DNA of 64,000 nucleotides from Prasinococcaceae sp. CCMP 1430 (GCA_013416795.1 RQSC01000006.1:131018-195017), one strand, 5' to 3'; shown: positions 10,683 to 22,021, counted from the first letter of the stretch. Program-made: numbers and translations. The notes: generated from the sequence alone by a model not told the origin.

Positions 10683-12385
10683 TCAGTCACCGCCCTTCTG
10701 TTGCCCGGCGGCCGCGCCCAGCGTGATCATGCGCCGCACCTCCGCAGCGCTGCAGCTGGCCTCTTGGCTGTCGTCGGCGACGCGCCGCAGGACGGCGAGC
10801 GCGCCCTCAAACGCCACGAAAGACACCGCGGCCATGGGAACGATCTTGGTCGAGGCCACGCGCAAGCCGCGGTAGAAGACGGGAAGCCCACCCTCGCGGT
10901 ACATAGCGCGCGCGACGGCGGCAGTGCTCATCTCCGCAGCGCTCAGCGAGCACCCGCCAAGGCACTCAAGCTGCACGCGGCGCCGAAGCACCTCTATTGG
11001 ATAAGAAACGAACATCGCCGCCCACCCCGCGACGACGCCGCACGCCAGGGAGCCCGTCGCGCCGATGGGCGCCGAGGGGTCCCCTACCACGCGATTGAGC
11101 CACGCGCCTTTCAGCGCGTCGTACATGCCGTAATTCACACCCGCATACGGGAGGATCCCCACCAGCGAGATGCCCAGGCCGCGCCCGAGCGCCACCGCGC
11201 CCCCCTCGGCCGCGACCGTGCACCGCAGCCTCGCAAGCAGCGACATGCCGTCATAAAACATCGCACCCTTCGGCACCATGGCTCGATTGCTGAGTAGATC
11301 AAGCGGATAGGTGAGCGCCTTCGAGATGCAGCCTGCCGCGGCGCCTGCGACGAAGCGCTCCCCGCTGCTCAGCTCCACTACGGCGGCCGCCTCGTCTGCG
11401 CCGCCCTCGGCCGCGGCACTCCCCCTCAGCGCCTTGCGCTTGCTCGCAAGCATCGCGTCCTTGAATTTGGTGTAAGCGAACCAATCGAGCGCGCGGTTGG
11501 GGGCCACCGCGAGGCACTTGAGTCCGTTTCCGGCGAACAAATTGCGCCAGCCTCCGGGCTCGCCCATCACCGACGCAAGGGCCTTGGCCATGCCGCCGCC
11601 CGCCGCGCGAGACGCGATGCGCCGCGCCTTGAGCACCTCTAGCGGGGCGGTCGCGGTCATGGACGCCACTCCAGCGAAGGCACCGGCAGCGAGGTCTAGC
11701 AGCGCCGAGTGGCCTTGCAGCGCCGCCAGGCCCCCACGCCCCTCGCAGCGGGTGATCGTGCCGTCGTCGTGCAACGCGAGCGTGAGCTCCCAATGTTCCG
11801 TGAGCGACTGGACCTCCCGCTCTTCCATGAGCGCTAGGAAGACGCCGAACTCATCCAGCGTGAGCGTGCGCGTATTGTCCACGTCCAGCGCGCGTAACAG
11901 ATTGGTCGCCACGTTGCGCGCGCGTAGCTCGCTCTGACTGCGCGCGCGCGGCCCTTCGGCGGCCGTGCCTATCGCCACCATTTCGGCCTCGGCGAGGGCG
12001 CGGTGCAGTTCCGTGGCGGTGATCCTCCCATCGCCGTCGCGGTCGATGACGGCGAATGCCGCCTGAATCTCTTCGGCGCGCAGGCGCACCTCTTCCGCGA
12101 CACACGCGGCGAACGCGTGCGTGCTCATCTCCCCGCGCGCCGCCAGCTGCGTGCCAACAGAGGCGAAGGGTGCGCCCAGCACGTCCACGAACGCCCGTAT
12201 CTCATCGGGAGTGACCACGCCGTCGCCATCGGCATCCACCCCCGCAACTAGTGCAACCAGGGCTGCCGACGCCTCGTCCTCGGCACCTTCGTTCTCTGCT
12301 CCCAGCACTAGCGCCGTCAGCGCCTCGGGGCCCTGACCCCGCTGCGCTGCTGCCGCCGCCGCCGCGGCCGCGGCCGCAGCTGCCG
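10683..12385 (-). CDS. EF-hand (Ca2+-regulated) mitochondrial carrier, ATP-Mg/Pi carrier-like; 5' end disrupted
   Basis: EF hands DADGDGVVTPDE, DRDGDGRITATE and DVDNTRTLTLDE. Three carrier repeats with Px[D/E]xx[K/R]-type motifs (APLEVLKAR, YPLDLLSNR, YPIEVLRRR). Confidence 0.9.
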
Positions 12386-12389
12386 CTAG

Positions 12390-12566
12390 GCCTGGTAGAT
12401 GGCGTCTTGCGGCGACATGCCCTGCTCGCGCTCGGCCTTGAGCGCGAAGTCGATCATCATGATGCCGTTCTTCTTCACGATGCCGATCAGCAGGATGATG
12501 CCGATGATGCCGATCACCCCCAGGTCGTTGCCGGTGATCATGAGCGCCAGCAGCGCCCCCACGCCA
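12390..12566 (-). other. Fragment of a bacterial RND efflux permease (MdtB/MdtC-like); probable contaminant join
   Basis: [58 protein letters not shown] matches the RND TM10 motif GIVKKNxIxxxDFA. Confidence 0.85.
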
Positions 12567-12660
12567 GCGCGGGCAGCGTTGCAGGCAGCGCAGCGACACG
12601 TCAGCACTCGCGTCGCCCTCCGATGTGGACGTGTTCGACTGAATTGCGCGGGCTTCCCCC

Positions 12661-12831
12661 ACGTCAAAACGCATTGCATGGGTCAATACCCGGTCAAAAC
12701 GCACGTCAATACGCATTGCATCGGTCCCACCCCGGTCGAAACGCGCGTCTAAACGCAGTGCATCGGTCCATACCCGGTCAAAACGCACGTCGAAACGCAG
12801 TGCATCGGTCCCACCCCGGTCGAAACGCATT
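12661..12831. repeat. Minisatellite, 4 x 42 bp
   Basis: Units cgtc(a/t/g)aaacgca(t/g)tgcatcggtc...cccggtc(a/g)aaacgc at 12662, 12704, 12746 and 12788, alternating atacccgg/caccccgg. Confidence 0.9.
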
Positions 12832-13144
12832 GCCACCACCCTTCGATCTGCAGAGGGCCCATCCGCCGCCGCGCCTCGCCCCCCTGCAAAAAAAAAAAAA
12901 AAACGGCGGCGGTTGGAGATTCAGTTCAACTGGGCGGTTATTGCGGGCGACGACGCCCGCCACGTGGCAGGGAAAATATTTAGATTACATTCGAAGTGAC
13001 GTGCCGCGCGAATATGCTGCGAATAATTCGGTGGGAGAATTGGAGGGGGGCGGCGCGCGCCGCCGGCGAGCCTGCAGCAGCAGTGTCCGCGGTGGGCGAG
13101 GCGATGGGCGTGGCGCTGGAGGGAGAGGCGGGCTCGGGCCCTGC

Positions 13145-14140
13145 TCAGGCCCAGGCGGAGGCGGAGGCGGCTGTGGCGGCTTGGGCGTCGTCGTCGGCGT
13201 CATGCGCGGCCTCAGGGGCGGGCTCGGCCGGTGCTGCCCCTGCGTCGTCAGCGCCCGCTGCCACGGCTGCTCCTCCTGCCGCAACCACCGCCGCCGCCGC
13301 CGCAGCCGCTGCGTCCGGGCCGCCGTCAGGGCGGACGCGTGCGAGCAGCTCAGCCTTCTTCGCGTCGAACTCGGCGTCCGTGAGCACGCCGGCGGCGTGG
13401 AGGTCGGCGAGCTTGCACAGCAGGTCGATGGGGTCGGCGCTACCCGCAGGGCGCGTCGCCAATTGCTGCAGCGGCACCCCCTGGTCTTCCTCGTCGCCGT
13501 GAACAGCGTCGCCGCTCACGCCGCGTGCCGGCGAGCCCGGCGGTGGGTGCGCGAGCGGAATGGCCATCATTGCGGCCACCCTCGAGGACGCGAGCGTAAA
13601 AGAGTTGCCACTCGCCTCCGACTCCTTGACAGCCTGCGTAATGCGGAGGATGGCGTCGGTGGGGTCGCGCACCGCGAAGTGCTTCACGCCCGGTCCCTGG
13701 CCGAGTGCGACAAGGTGCGGCTGGATGAGCCACCCGTTGCACAACCGTCGCGCTGGAGAGAACCGCGCGAGCGGCGGTAGCGAGCGCAGCGGGTAGTCCC
13801 AGCCGCCCTGGGTGCCATTCGTCGCGAAGAGCCGCGTTCGCGTGAGGACGACCGACCACTCCGGATGCTTGGTGTGCAGGTCGCCGTTGATGCCGCTGTT
13901 GCACAATGCGGCGCACAGGGGCGCGCACCACACGAACGGCACCAGCAGGCAGTTGAGAAGGCAGAGCTCCGCGCACGGAGTCTCCGTCCAGCGGCGGTCG
14001 AAGCCCGTCCACGCGTAGAGGAAGTCGGTGGCGCGCTCCCCTCGCGCTGCGAGCTCGCGCTCGATGTCCGGCGTGAGCACCGGCCCCTCCCTGTACGACA
14101 CCGGCGACCGCGCCGCGGGCGCGACGCGCACCGACGCCAT
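13145..14140 (-). CDS. Hypothetical protein with a hydrophobic Cys-rich segment and a SHOCT domain
   Basis: DPIDLLCKLADLHAAGVLTDAEFDAKKAELLAR matches the SHOCT consensus. ATG at 14140 lies next to a gap. Confidence 0.75.
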   Translation of the reverse strand: MASVRVAPAARSPVSYREGPVLTPDIERELAARGERATDFLYAWTGFDRRWTETPCAELCLLNCLLVPFVWCAPLCAALCNSGINGDLHTKHPEWSVVLTRTRLFATNGTQGGWDYPLRSLPPLARFSPARRLCNGWLIQPHLVALGQGPGVKHFAVRDPTDAILRITQAVKESEASGNSFTLASSRVAAMMAIPLAHPPPGSPARGVSGDAVHGDEEDQGVPLQQLATRPAGSADPIDLLCKLADLHAAGVLTDAEFDAKKAELLARVRPDGGPDAAAAAAAAVVAAGGAAVAAGADDAGAAPAEPAPEAAHDADDDAQAATAASASAWA

Positions 14141-14185
14141 CACCTGCCCTGCGCGCCCGCGCGCGAGCGCGCGCGCGCGCCCGCG

Positions 14186-14617
14186 NNNNNNNNNNNNNNN
14201 NNNNNNNNNNNNNNNNNNNNNNNNNNNNNNNNNNNNNNNNNNNNNNNNNNNNNNNNNNNNNNNNNNNNNNNNNNNNNNNNNNNNNNNNNNNNNNNNNNNN
14301 NNNNNNNNNNNNNNNNNNNNNNNNNNNNNNNNNNNNNNNNNNNNNNNNNNNNNNNNNNNNNNNNNNNNNNNNNNNNNNNNNNNNNNNNNNNNNNNNNNNN
14401 NNNNNNNNNNNNNNNNNNNNNNNNNNNNNNNNNNNNNNNNNNNNNNNNNNNNNNNNNNNNNNNNNNNNNNNNNNNNNNNNNNNNNNNNNNNNNNNNNNNN
14501 NNNNNNNNNNNNNNNNNNNNNNNNNNNNNNNNNNNNNNNNNNNNNNNNNNNNNNNNNNNNNNNNNNNNNNNNNNNNNNNNNNNNNNNNNNNNNNNNNNNN
14601 NNNNNNNNNNNNNNNNN
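14186..14617. other. Assembly gap
   Basis: Run of N flanked by (CG)n tracts. Confidence 1.
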
Positions 14618-14686
14618 GCGCGTGCGCGAGCGCGCGTCCGCGCAGGCCCTCGCGCGCGCGCGGGGGGCGTGGGCGCGCGACACGCG

Positions 14687-15892
14687 ATGGCGCCGACGCT
14701 CGTGTCGTTCGACGTGGACGGCACGCTCATCCGCGCGCGCGGCGCGAGCGCCAACGCCTTCCACAAGGCGGCCTTCGCCGCGGCCTTCGCCGACGTGTAC
14801 GGCCTCGATGCGAGCATCGACGAGATCGACCACCACGGCTCCACCGACCAGCTCGTGCTGCTCGCCGTGCTCGCACACAGGAAGGTGCCCGCAGAGGAGG
14901 CGGAGGCGAAGGTGCGTGCGCGCTTGCGCGCGTACGCACGTGCGTGGCGCGCCGCTGGCGCTGACGTGAGCTGGCACACCCTCACGCGTTGCGCCACATC
15001 ATTCAATTCCCACCTCACCTCACCACAACCACACGGACGCGCGCACACGCACACGCACACGCACACGCACGCACGCGTGCGCGCACACGCACGCACGCGT
15101 GCGCGCACGCACGTACACACACGCACGCGCACACGCACGCACGCACGCACACGCATATGCGCGTGCGCGCGCGCGGCGCCCGCGCAGATCCCCGCGGCCT
15201 GCGCGCGGATGGTAGAGTACGCGCGCGCGGCAGCCGCGCACGAGGTGTCCGCCGGCCTCGAGGTCCTCCCCGGCGTGGAGGCGCTGCTCGCGGCAATCGA
15301 GGGCGCGGGCGTCGAGCGCGCCGTGTCGTGCCTCGTCACGGGCAACCTCGAGGACATCGCGTGGGCCAAGATGCGTGCGCTGGGCGTCGAGGGGCGCTTC
15401 AGCGCGCCCAGGTTCGGCGGGTTCGGATCGGTGCGCGCGCGCATGCGTGCGCGGACGACGCGCGTGCGTGTGCACGTGCGTGCACGCGCACGTGCGTATG
15501 TGCTTGGGTGTGTGGCTGCGCGCGTGCACGTACGCCGAAGCCCGCTGCGCCTGAGCGCGCACACTCACACAGAATCGCGCATACACGCACACGCACGCAC
15601 ACGCACACGCCCGCGCACGCAGGACGCCCGGGACCGCGCCGAGCTGGTCGCCGCCGCCGCTTCGCGCTGCGCCTCGGCGCACGCCGCCCCCGGAGCGCGC
15701 TTCCACCTGGGCGACACCCCCAACGACGTGCGCGCCGCTGAGGCGTGCGGAGCGACACCCATCGCGCTGCTCACCGGCGTCTTCGGCGAGGCAGAGCTGC
15801 GAGCCAGCAGCAAGGCGCCCGACGACCTCGTCGTGCTCGAGGACCTCGCAGATACCGACGCCGTCATGCGTGTGCTGGGGCTCAACGCATGA
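14687..15892 (+). CDS. HAD-like hydrolase; exons 14687-14911, 15188-15430 and 15623-15892
   Basis: Motif I FDVDGTL, motif II LVTGN, motif IV HLGDTPNDVRAA. Two phase-0 GTGCG...CAG introns. Confidence 0.92.
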   Translation: MAPTLVSFDVDGTLIRARGASANAFHKAAFAAAFADVYGLDASIDEIDHHGSTDQLVLLAVLAHRKVPAEEAEAKVRARLRAYARAWRAAGADVSWHTLTRCATSFNSHLTSPQPHGRAHTHTHTHTHARVRAHARTRARTHVHTRTRTRTHARTRICACARAAPAQIPAACARMVEYARAAAAHEVSAGLEVLPGVEALLAAIEGAGVERAVSCLVTGNLEDIAWAKMRALGVEGRFSAPRFGGFGSVRARMRARTTRVRVHVRARARAYVLGCVAARVHVRRSPLRLSAHTHTESRIHAHARTRTRPRTQDARDRAELVAAAASRCASAHAAPGARFHLGDTPNDVRAAEACGATPIALLTGVFGEAELRASSKAPDDLVVLEDLADTDAVMRVLGLNA

Positions 15893-15985
15893 CGTATGTG
15901 TGTGTATGGCGGATGACAGCGCATTGGTATGACACTTTCATTTACAACATGCTGCGGGCACCGCCCCAATCCCGGCGGCGCTCAC

Positions 15986-17245
15986 TCACGAGCGCGCGCC
16001 GAGCGTGGACGTCGCCGCGAGCCTGCCGCGGCGCACCGCCTCGCCGAGCGCGCCGCCGAGCGCCTCGGCGGCCAGCGAGGCGCGCCTGCGCACCTCGGGG
16101 CCCGAGAGGGTCGCGCGCCAGCGCGCGGAGGCGGAGGGGGAGGCGGAGCCCCCACCCCGCAGCGCGTGCGCGTGCGCGAGGGAGGCGTCGGGCGACGGCG
16201 CGTTGAGCGCTTCGTAGACGTCGATCTCGCTCGCCGAGCTAGACGGCGGCGGCGGCATCTCTGGCCTGTCCACCGACTCCCACCCCTCCGCGCTCGGCGA
16301 CAATCCGAAGTCAAAGTCGCGCCGCCTGGTTGGGCTGCGCGTGGCGTTCTCGGCTATCCACGACGATATGGCGCTACTCTCGGGGCTGTCCGCACCGAAG
16401 CCGGCGTTGTCGGCGATCGCGAGGCCCTCGTCGGCGTACCCACACGGGGCGGCGTCGGCGGCCGATACGTGCGCGCCTTCGCCGGTGGCGCTCGCGTTGC
16501 CCAGCCGGCGCGACACGCGCCTGGAGGCGGCGACACGCGCGGCGGAGGCGGCGTTGGTCGCGGCGGTGCGCGGCTCCTCTCCGGCCGCCCACGCGGAACA
16601 CAGCGCGGCCGCGGCGACGAAGGGGAACCAGCCCGGCGGCTGCGGCGGCGGCACTCCCGCCGAGCACAGCGCCAGCGAGCACGTGCTGCCGACCGTGCGC
16701 GCGAGGAGGTGCGCTCCGGCATTCAGCAGCTTGAGGGAGGCCTCGTCGCGCACGCTCGGGTGTGGGTCCGACGCGGCCTGCGCCTTCGCGGCGTCCGCGT
16801 CCGCATCCGCTGCGGGCCTCCACAGCACACACTCGCCTCTGTCCTCAGGAGGCCCCGTGTGCCAGTGGGCGTCTCTCTGCCACACCGCGCTGCGGGAGCC
16901 CCTGAACGTCCCATCGTGGAGCAGCGGCGAGCCGGTGTACGCCGCGAGCAGCTGGGCGTGGCGGACGGCCTCGCCAAGCGCTGTGCCGAGCTCCTCGGGG
17001 GGGAGGGCGCTGAGGGCGGCCGGGCCGTCCGGCAGGCGCGCGCCGCAGAGCCTGACCACGACCGGCGCCACCAGGGAGCCCGCGGCACGGCCCACCGCCC
17101 TCCCGCGCCCGTAGTCCTCCTTGGCCGCGGTCAGCGGCAGGACGCGCTGCAGCTGCTCCAGCAGCTGCCGCCGGCGCGTCGCCAGCGCCGCGGTGGCCTC
17201 CGCCAGGGATTCCCGCTCCGCTGCTGCGCGCTCCGCGCGCGCAGC
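15986..17245 (-). CDS. ATG14/UVRAG-like autophagy protein, C-terminal part (copy 1)
   Basis: Coiled coil ...RRRQLLEQLQRVLPL, then RLCGARLP...EELGTALG...QLLAAYTGSPLLH...FRGSRSAVW. Broken at N 17246. Confidence 0.7.
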   Translation of the reverse strand, partial: AARAERAAAERESLAEATAALATRRRQLLEQLQRVLPLTAAKEDYGRGRAVGRAAGSLVAPVVVRLCGARLPDGPAALSALPPEELGTALGEAVRHAQLLAAYTGSPLLHDGTFRGSRSAVWQRDAHWHTGPPEDRGECVLWRPAADADADAAKAQAASDPHPSVRDEASLKLLNAGAHLLARTVGSTCSLALCSAGVPPPQPPGWFPFVAAAALCSAWAAGEEPRTAATNAASAARVAASRRVSRRLGNASATGEGAHVSAADAAPCGYADEGLAIADNAGFGADSPESSAISSWIAENATRSPTRRRDFDFGLSPSAEGWESVDRPEMPPPPSSSASEIDVYEALNAPSPDASLAHAHALRGGGSASPSASARWRATLSGPEVRRRASLAAEALGGALGEAVRRGRLAATSTLGARS

Positions 17246-17371
17246 NCGCGGCGCCGCGCGCGGCGGCGCCCGCGCCGCCGCCGTCGGTCTCGACAGGCCC
17301 GGGCGTTCAGACGATGGGTCCGCAGACGAACCTGATTAGAACCCTGATTAGTCCAAACCGCAAATGCGCCC

Positions 17372-17405
17372 CATCCGATCCGATTCCGATCCGATCCGAT
17401 CCGAC
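17372..17405. repeat. Short (CCGAT)n pentamer repeat
   Basis: catccgatccgattccgatccgatccgatccgac. Confidence 0.8.
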
Positions 17406-18419
17406 GCCGGCCCGACGCCGGCCACTTTCGAAGGTGCCCGCGCGCACGACGTGTCCCTCCGCAGCACGCCAAGAGCAAAGCACGCGCGAGCGCGGGGCGC
17501 GCGCCGGGGGGCAACGGGACTCGCAGCAGCGCCACAGGGCGGCGCGGAGCGGTGGGGGCGCGGAGGAGAAGAGAAGTGGGGAGAGGGGTGGGGGGCCAGG
17601 AGCGCTTCGCCCCCCCCCTTGCGCGCCTGCGCAGTGTGTGGCGCCAGCGCGTGCGCGCGCGCTCTTTTGCGGGCGCGCGCTCCGCGAAAAACTCTGCGGA
17701 AAATCGCCCGTCGCTCACACGCTTTTCGATATGGCTTCCGTTTCGGCGGTGACGTTTTCGCCGCGGTTGGTTCGAATTTTCTGGCGATGGGACTTTCGGA
17801 GGCATGTCCGCGGAAACGGGCGCGAAGAGAACCTCCATTGAGTATATCAAATGCGCACACCAAATATTCGATTCCGCTATGTTTTTTTGTTTTTGTTTTG
17901 TTTTGTTTTTGTGGCAGGGTGCGCGTGCCCTAACACACGCAGCTGCTGGGGTGGGGGGAGGGGGGTTGCTCGTGGCAGGGGAGGGCGTGCCACACGGCGC
18001 GCGGCGGCGTGCGTGCTCCTGAGTCGGGTGCGCCGCCGCCGCCGCCGGCAGTGGACCGGCGCGCGCACGTGTGTGCGCGTGCGCGCCGCGCGGAGGGGCA
18101 CCCGCGCTGCGAACGCACCACCCGCGGGCGCGCGCGCGCGCCCGGGGAACGGAACCCGCCACGGGGAGGATACGAGCGGATTCGCCGCCGGGGATGCCGC
18201 GCGCGACCCCGGGGCGGCCGTCTCTCGTTCCCGGGTCACCACGCTCTGACCGGGATGCACCATCCTAAATACTAGGATGTGTTGTTCGCTTCGAGGGGAT
18301 GGCGACCGCGGTACTGGACGATTGTCACACAAAATAAACCCTAAAAGAGAGTACCCAAAAAGCGGCGTCCAACGCGCGCGGCCCAGCGGCACGCCCGTGT
18401 GCGCGTCTGCGTGGGCGGT

Positions 18420-18468
<49 letters not shown>

Positions 18469-18481
18469 ATGCGTGTGTGCA

Positions 18482-18520
<39 letters not shown>

Positions 18521-18664
18521 GTGTGCGTGTGTGTGCGTGTGTGTGTACGGAGGCGTGTGAGTACGCGTGCGCGTGTGTGTGCGTGCGCACGTGCGCGCGC
18601 GGGCGAGCTGCGGCGGCCACCGACGCTCACCTGCTGCCGCCGCCTCGGCGGCGGGCGCGCCGGN

Positions 18665-19473
18665 CCGACCGGGAGGAGGGTCGGCGCGTGATGGGCGTGT
18701 GCGTCGGCGAGGCCGACACTGTCGACCGAGAGCCCGAGGAGTTCGACCTCAGGCACTGCGACCGATGTTGCGTGTCGCTGCTGGCGGATTTTTACACGTG
18801 CCAGGTGTGCGAGCGCACGGACGACGGCCCCTGCCACGACCTGTGCCCGGCGTGCTTCAACCTGCTGCAGGCCAACTCGAAGGGCTCGCGTCGCAAGCGC
18901 AAGACGTGGCACGCGCACGGGCCCGAGCACTTCAAGCGGACCATCGGTGATAGGTGTGACATCTGCTTCGAGTACTTCTTCGTGCGCGCGCCACACGACG
19001 GCAGCGGCATGGTGCCGCCGTACGTCCCCAACGAGAGGTGCAAGTGCGGTGCGGGGGAAGGCGTGACGACAGTGGCGCAGCCCGCGCAGCAGCCCGTGCA
19101 GGCCATCGGGACGGGCTCGGCATTTGCGCCCGTGTCGGCGACCGGCAGCGCCAGCGGCGCTGGGGTCGGAGCCGGCACGGGTGGGGGCGCCGGCGTGCTC
19201 GGAAACCCGGACTGGGAGGCGAGGTTCCCCGCTGCTGCCGCAGCAGCGACTCTGGCCTCGGCCGCCGCCCCGCAGCCGCAGCCGCAGCCGCAGCAGAGGC
19301 AAAACCAGCTCCGTCAGCAGCAGCTGACAATACCCAGCGAGCTGCCGCCGCTGCCGTCGCCCGCCGACCTGGGCGTGCTCGGCGACGCGGGCGCCTTGAC
19401 TGCGGATACCTCCATCCCTGCCGTGGGCGAGCCCCAGTATGAGGAAGGCGAGCCGCAATGCCCGCAGCAGTAG
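18665..19473 (+). CDS. C-terminal fragment of a ZZ-type zinc-finger protein
   Basis: HCDRCCVSLLADFYTCQVC...HDLCPACF...H.HGPEHF, followed by a Gly/Ala/Gln-rich tail. Begins at N 18664. Confidence 0.65.
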
Positions 19474-19670
19474 CGCCTGGGCTTCGCCTCGGATGATTAA
19501 AGCGTTGCGCGACTTTTTTGTCCTACATGCAGGAGCGGTGCGCGCGCGCGCGCGTGCGTGCGACAGCGATGCTCGTTCCGAGTCGGACGCGTCCCCGACT
19601 AGGCATTGACCTCACCGAGCCGGAGTGGCGAGTACAATATCCATTTGTTACACGGGTGGTTGTCAAGCGT

Positions 19671-20863
19671 CCGCCGAGCGCCTCGGCGGCCAGCGAGGCG
19701 CGCCTGCGCACCTCGGGGCCCGAGAGGGTCGCGCGCCAGCGCGCGGAGGCGGAGGGGGAGGCGGAGCCCCCACCCCGCAGCGCGTGCGCGTGCGCGAGGG
19801 AGGCGTCGGGCGACGGCGCGTTGAGCGCTTCGTAGACGTCGATCTCGCTCGCCGAGCTAGACGGCGGCGGCGGCATCTCTGGCCTGTCCACCGACTCCCA
19901 CCCCTCCGCGCTCGGCGACAATCCGAAGTCAAAGTCGCGCCGCCTGGTTGGGCTGCGCGTGGCGTTCTCGGCTATCCACGACGATATGGCGCTACTCTCG
20001 GGGCTGTCCGCACCGAAGCCGGCGTTGTCGGCGATCGCGAGGCCCTCGTCGGCGTACCCACACGGGGCGGCGTCGGCGGCCGATACGTGCGCGCCTTCGC
20101 CGGTGGCGCTCGCGTTGCCCAGCCGGCGCGACACGCGCCTGGAGGCGGCGACACGCGCGGCGGAGGCGGCGTTGGTCGCGGCGGTGCGCGGCTCCTCTCC
20201 GGCCGCCCACGCGGAACACAGCGCGGCCGCGGCGACGAAGGGGAACCAGCCCGGCGGCTGCGGCGGCGGCACTCCCGCCGAGCACAGCGCCAGCGAGCAC
20301 GTGCTGCCGACCGTGCGCGCGAGGAGGTGCGCTCCGGCATTCAGCAGCTTGAGGGAGGCCTCGTCGCGCACGCTCGGGTGTGGGTCCGACGCGGCCTGCG
20401 CCTTCGCGGCGTCCGCGTCCGCATCCGCTGCGGGCCTCCACAGCACACACTCGCCTCTGTCCTCAGGAGGCCCCGTGTGCCAGTGGGCGTCTCTCTGCCA
20501 CACCGCGCTGCGGGAGCCCCTGAACGTCCCATCGTGGAGCAGCGGCGAGCCGGTGTACGCCGCGAGCAGCTGGGCGTGGCGGACGGCCTCGCCAAGCGCT
20601 GTGCCGAGCTCCTCGGGGGGGAGGGCGCTGAGGGCGGCCGGGCCGTCCGGCAGGCGCGCGCCGCAGAGCCTGACCACGACCGGCGCCACCAGGGAGCCCG
20701 CGGCACGGCCCACCGCCCTCCCGCGCCCGTAGTCCTCCTTGGCCGCGGTCAGCGGCAGGACGCGCTGCAGCTGCTCCAGCAGCTGCCGCCGGCGCGTCGC
20801 CAGCGCCGCGGTGGCCTCCGCCAGGGATTCCCGCTCCGCTGCTGCGCGCTCCGCGCGCGCAGC
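19671..20863. repeat. Apparently identical duplicate of 16053-17245 (ATG14-like, copy 2; the frame extends to about 20935)
   Basis: Offset 3618 bp; ORF-track translations of the two copies are identical. Confidence 0.95.
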
Positions 20864-20935
20864 CTTGGCTCCCGGCGCGCGCGCGGCGGCGAGGTGCTCG
20901 AGCGCCTCGGTGAGCTCGCGCTCGCGCTCGGCCGT

Positions 20936-21695
20936 CGGGCCCTGGACGCCACGGTGCTCCACCGCGCGGACCTGCTGCCGCGGCACGAGGTGCACAACGT
21001 GGTGGTCGCCGACTCGACCCTGGACGACGAGCTCGCCCAGCTGTCGGAGCACCCCAAGTCGCTGCTGGTGGTGCACGCCTCTCGGCTTGAGATCATCCTG
21101 GGGCTCATTCTGGCGATGCGGTCGGGCGCCTTCCCGCCCCTGGCTGGCATCGTGCTCGGTGGGGGCGGGGAGGTGCCGCAGGTGCTGCGGAAGGTGCTCG
21201 CCACGCTGCAGGAAATGCCGTTGCCAATCCTGCACACCGCGCACAACGTCCGCGACACCCTCGCGCTCGTCTCCGAGAGGCAGAGGAAGCTGCGCTCGGA
21301 GAGCGTGGAGCAGGTGGAGGCGGCGGAGCGGCTGTTCGAGCGAAACGTGGACGCTGAGGCGCTGTGCAGGATCATCGGCGAGCCGGCATCGCCCGAGCTC
21401 ACGCCGAAGCTCTTCCAGCACCGCATCTTCAAGTCGGCGCGCAATGACCGCAAGCGCATCGTGCTCCCTGAGGGCAACGACCCGCGCGTCGTGCGAGCCG
21501 CCGCCGAGCTCTCGCGCCGGGGCCTGTGCGACGTGCTTCTGCTCGGCAAGCCCGAGGAGGTGGCAGCGCTGGCCAAGAGGCACCACCTCGATATGACGGG
21601 CGTGGAAGTCGTGTACCCGCCCGCGTCGCCCGACTACGAGCCGCTGATCGACGCATACACCGAGCTGCGGAAGGCCAAGGGGATGACGCGCGAGA
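20936..21695 (+). CDS. pta: Phosphate acetyltransferase internal fragment (DRTGG region plus start of the catalytic domain)
   Basis: LAGIVLGGG...TPKLFQHRIFKSARNDRKRIVLPEGNDPRVVRAAAEL..RGLCDVLLLG...YTELRKAKGMT. Ends at N 21696. Confidence 0.88.
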
Positions 21696-21696
21696 N

Positions 21697-22021
21697 CCTC
21701 GCGCCGGCGCTCGCCAGGTGGGCGGGCTCGTCCTTCGCGCCCGCGTCCGCGGCGGCGGACGCGGCTGCGGCGCTCACAGAGTCCATGTGGCTGGGGCGCG
21801 GCGACCGCAAGACGCGGCGGGGGAAGATTTTCGCCGGCTCGAGCGGCCTCGCGCGCCCGTCAGCGCGCAACGAGCGCCGCGCCACCGAGCGCAAGTTGCT
21901 CGGGCCGTTCCAGTCGCCGCGCGCGTTCTCCGACTTCGACCCGGACGCACGCAAGGAAACACGTGCGGCGCGGCGGCTGAGGGAAAACGGCGGCATCGAG
22001 ACAGACCCCACGCAGGTCTGA
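21697..22021 (+). CDS. PSRP4: Plastid 30S ribosomal protein bTHXc / PSRP4; 5' partial
   Basis: Thx signature GRGDRKTRRGKIFAGSSGLARP. Confidence 0.85.

Noticed and set aside
12661-12831. Possible CRISPR array
   Set aside because: Contiguous tandem units with no unique spacers, no cas genes, and eukaryotic context.
19625-22021. 798-aa ORF suggesting a Pta-Thx fusion
   Set aside because: Concatenation of antisense ATG14-like sequence, a pta fragment and PSRP4 across an N.
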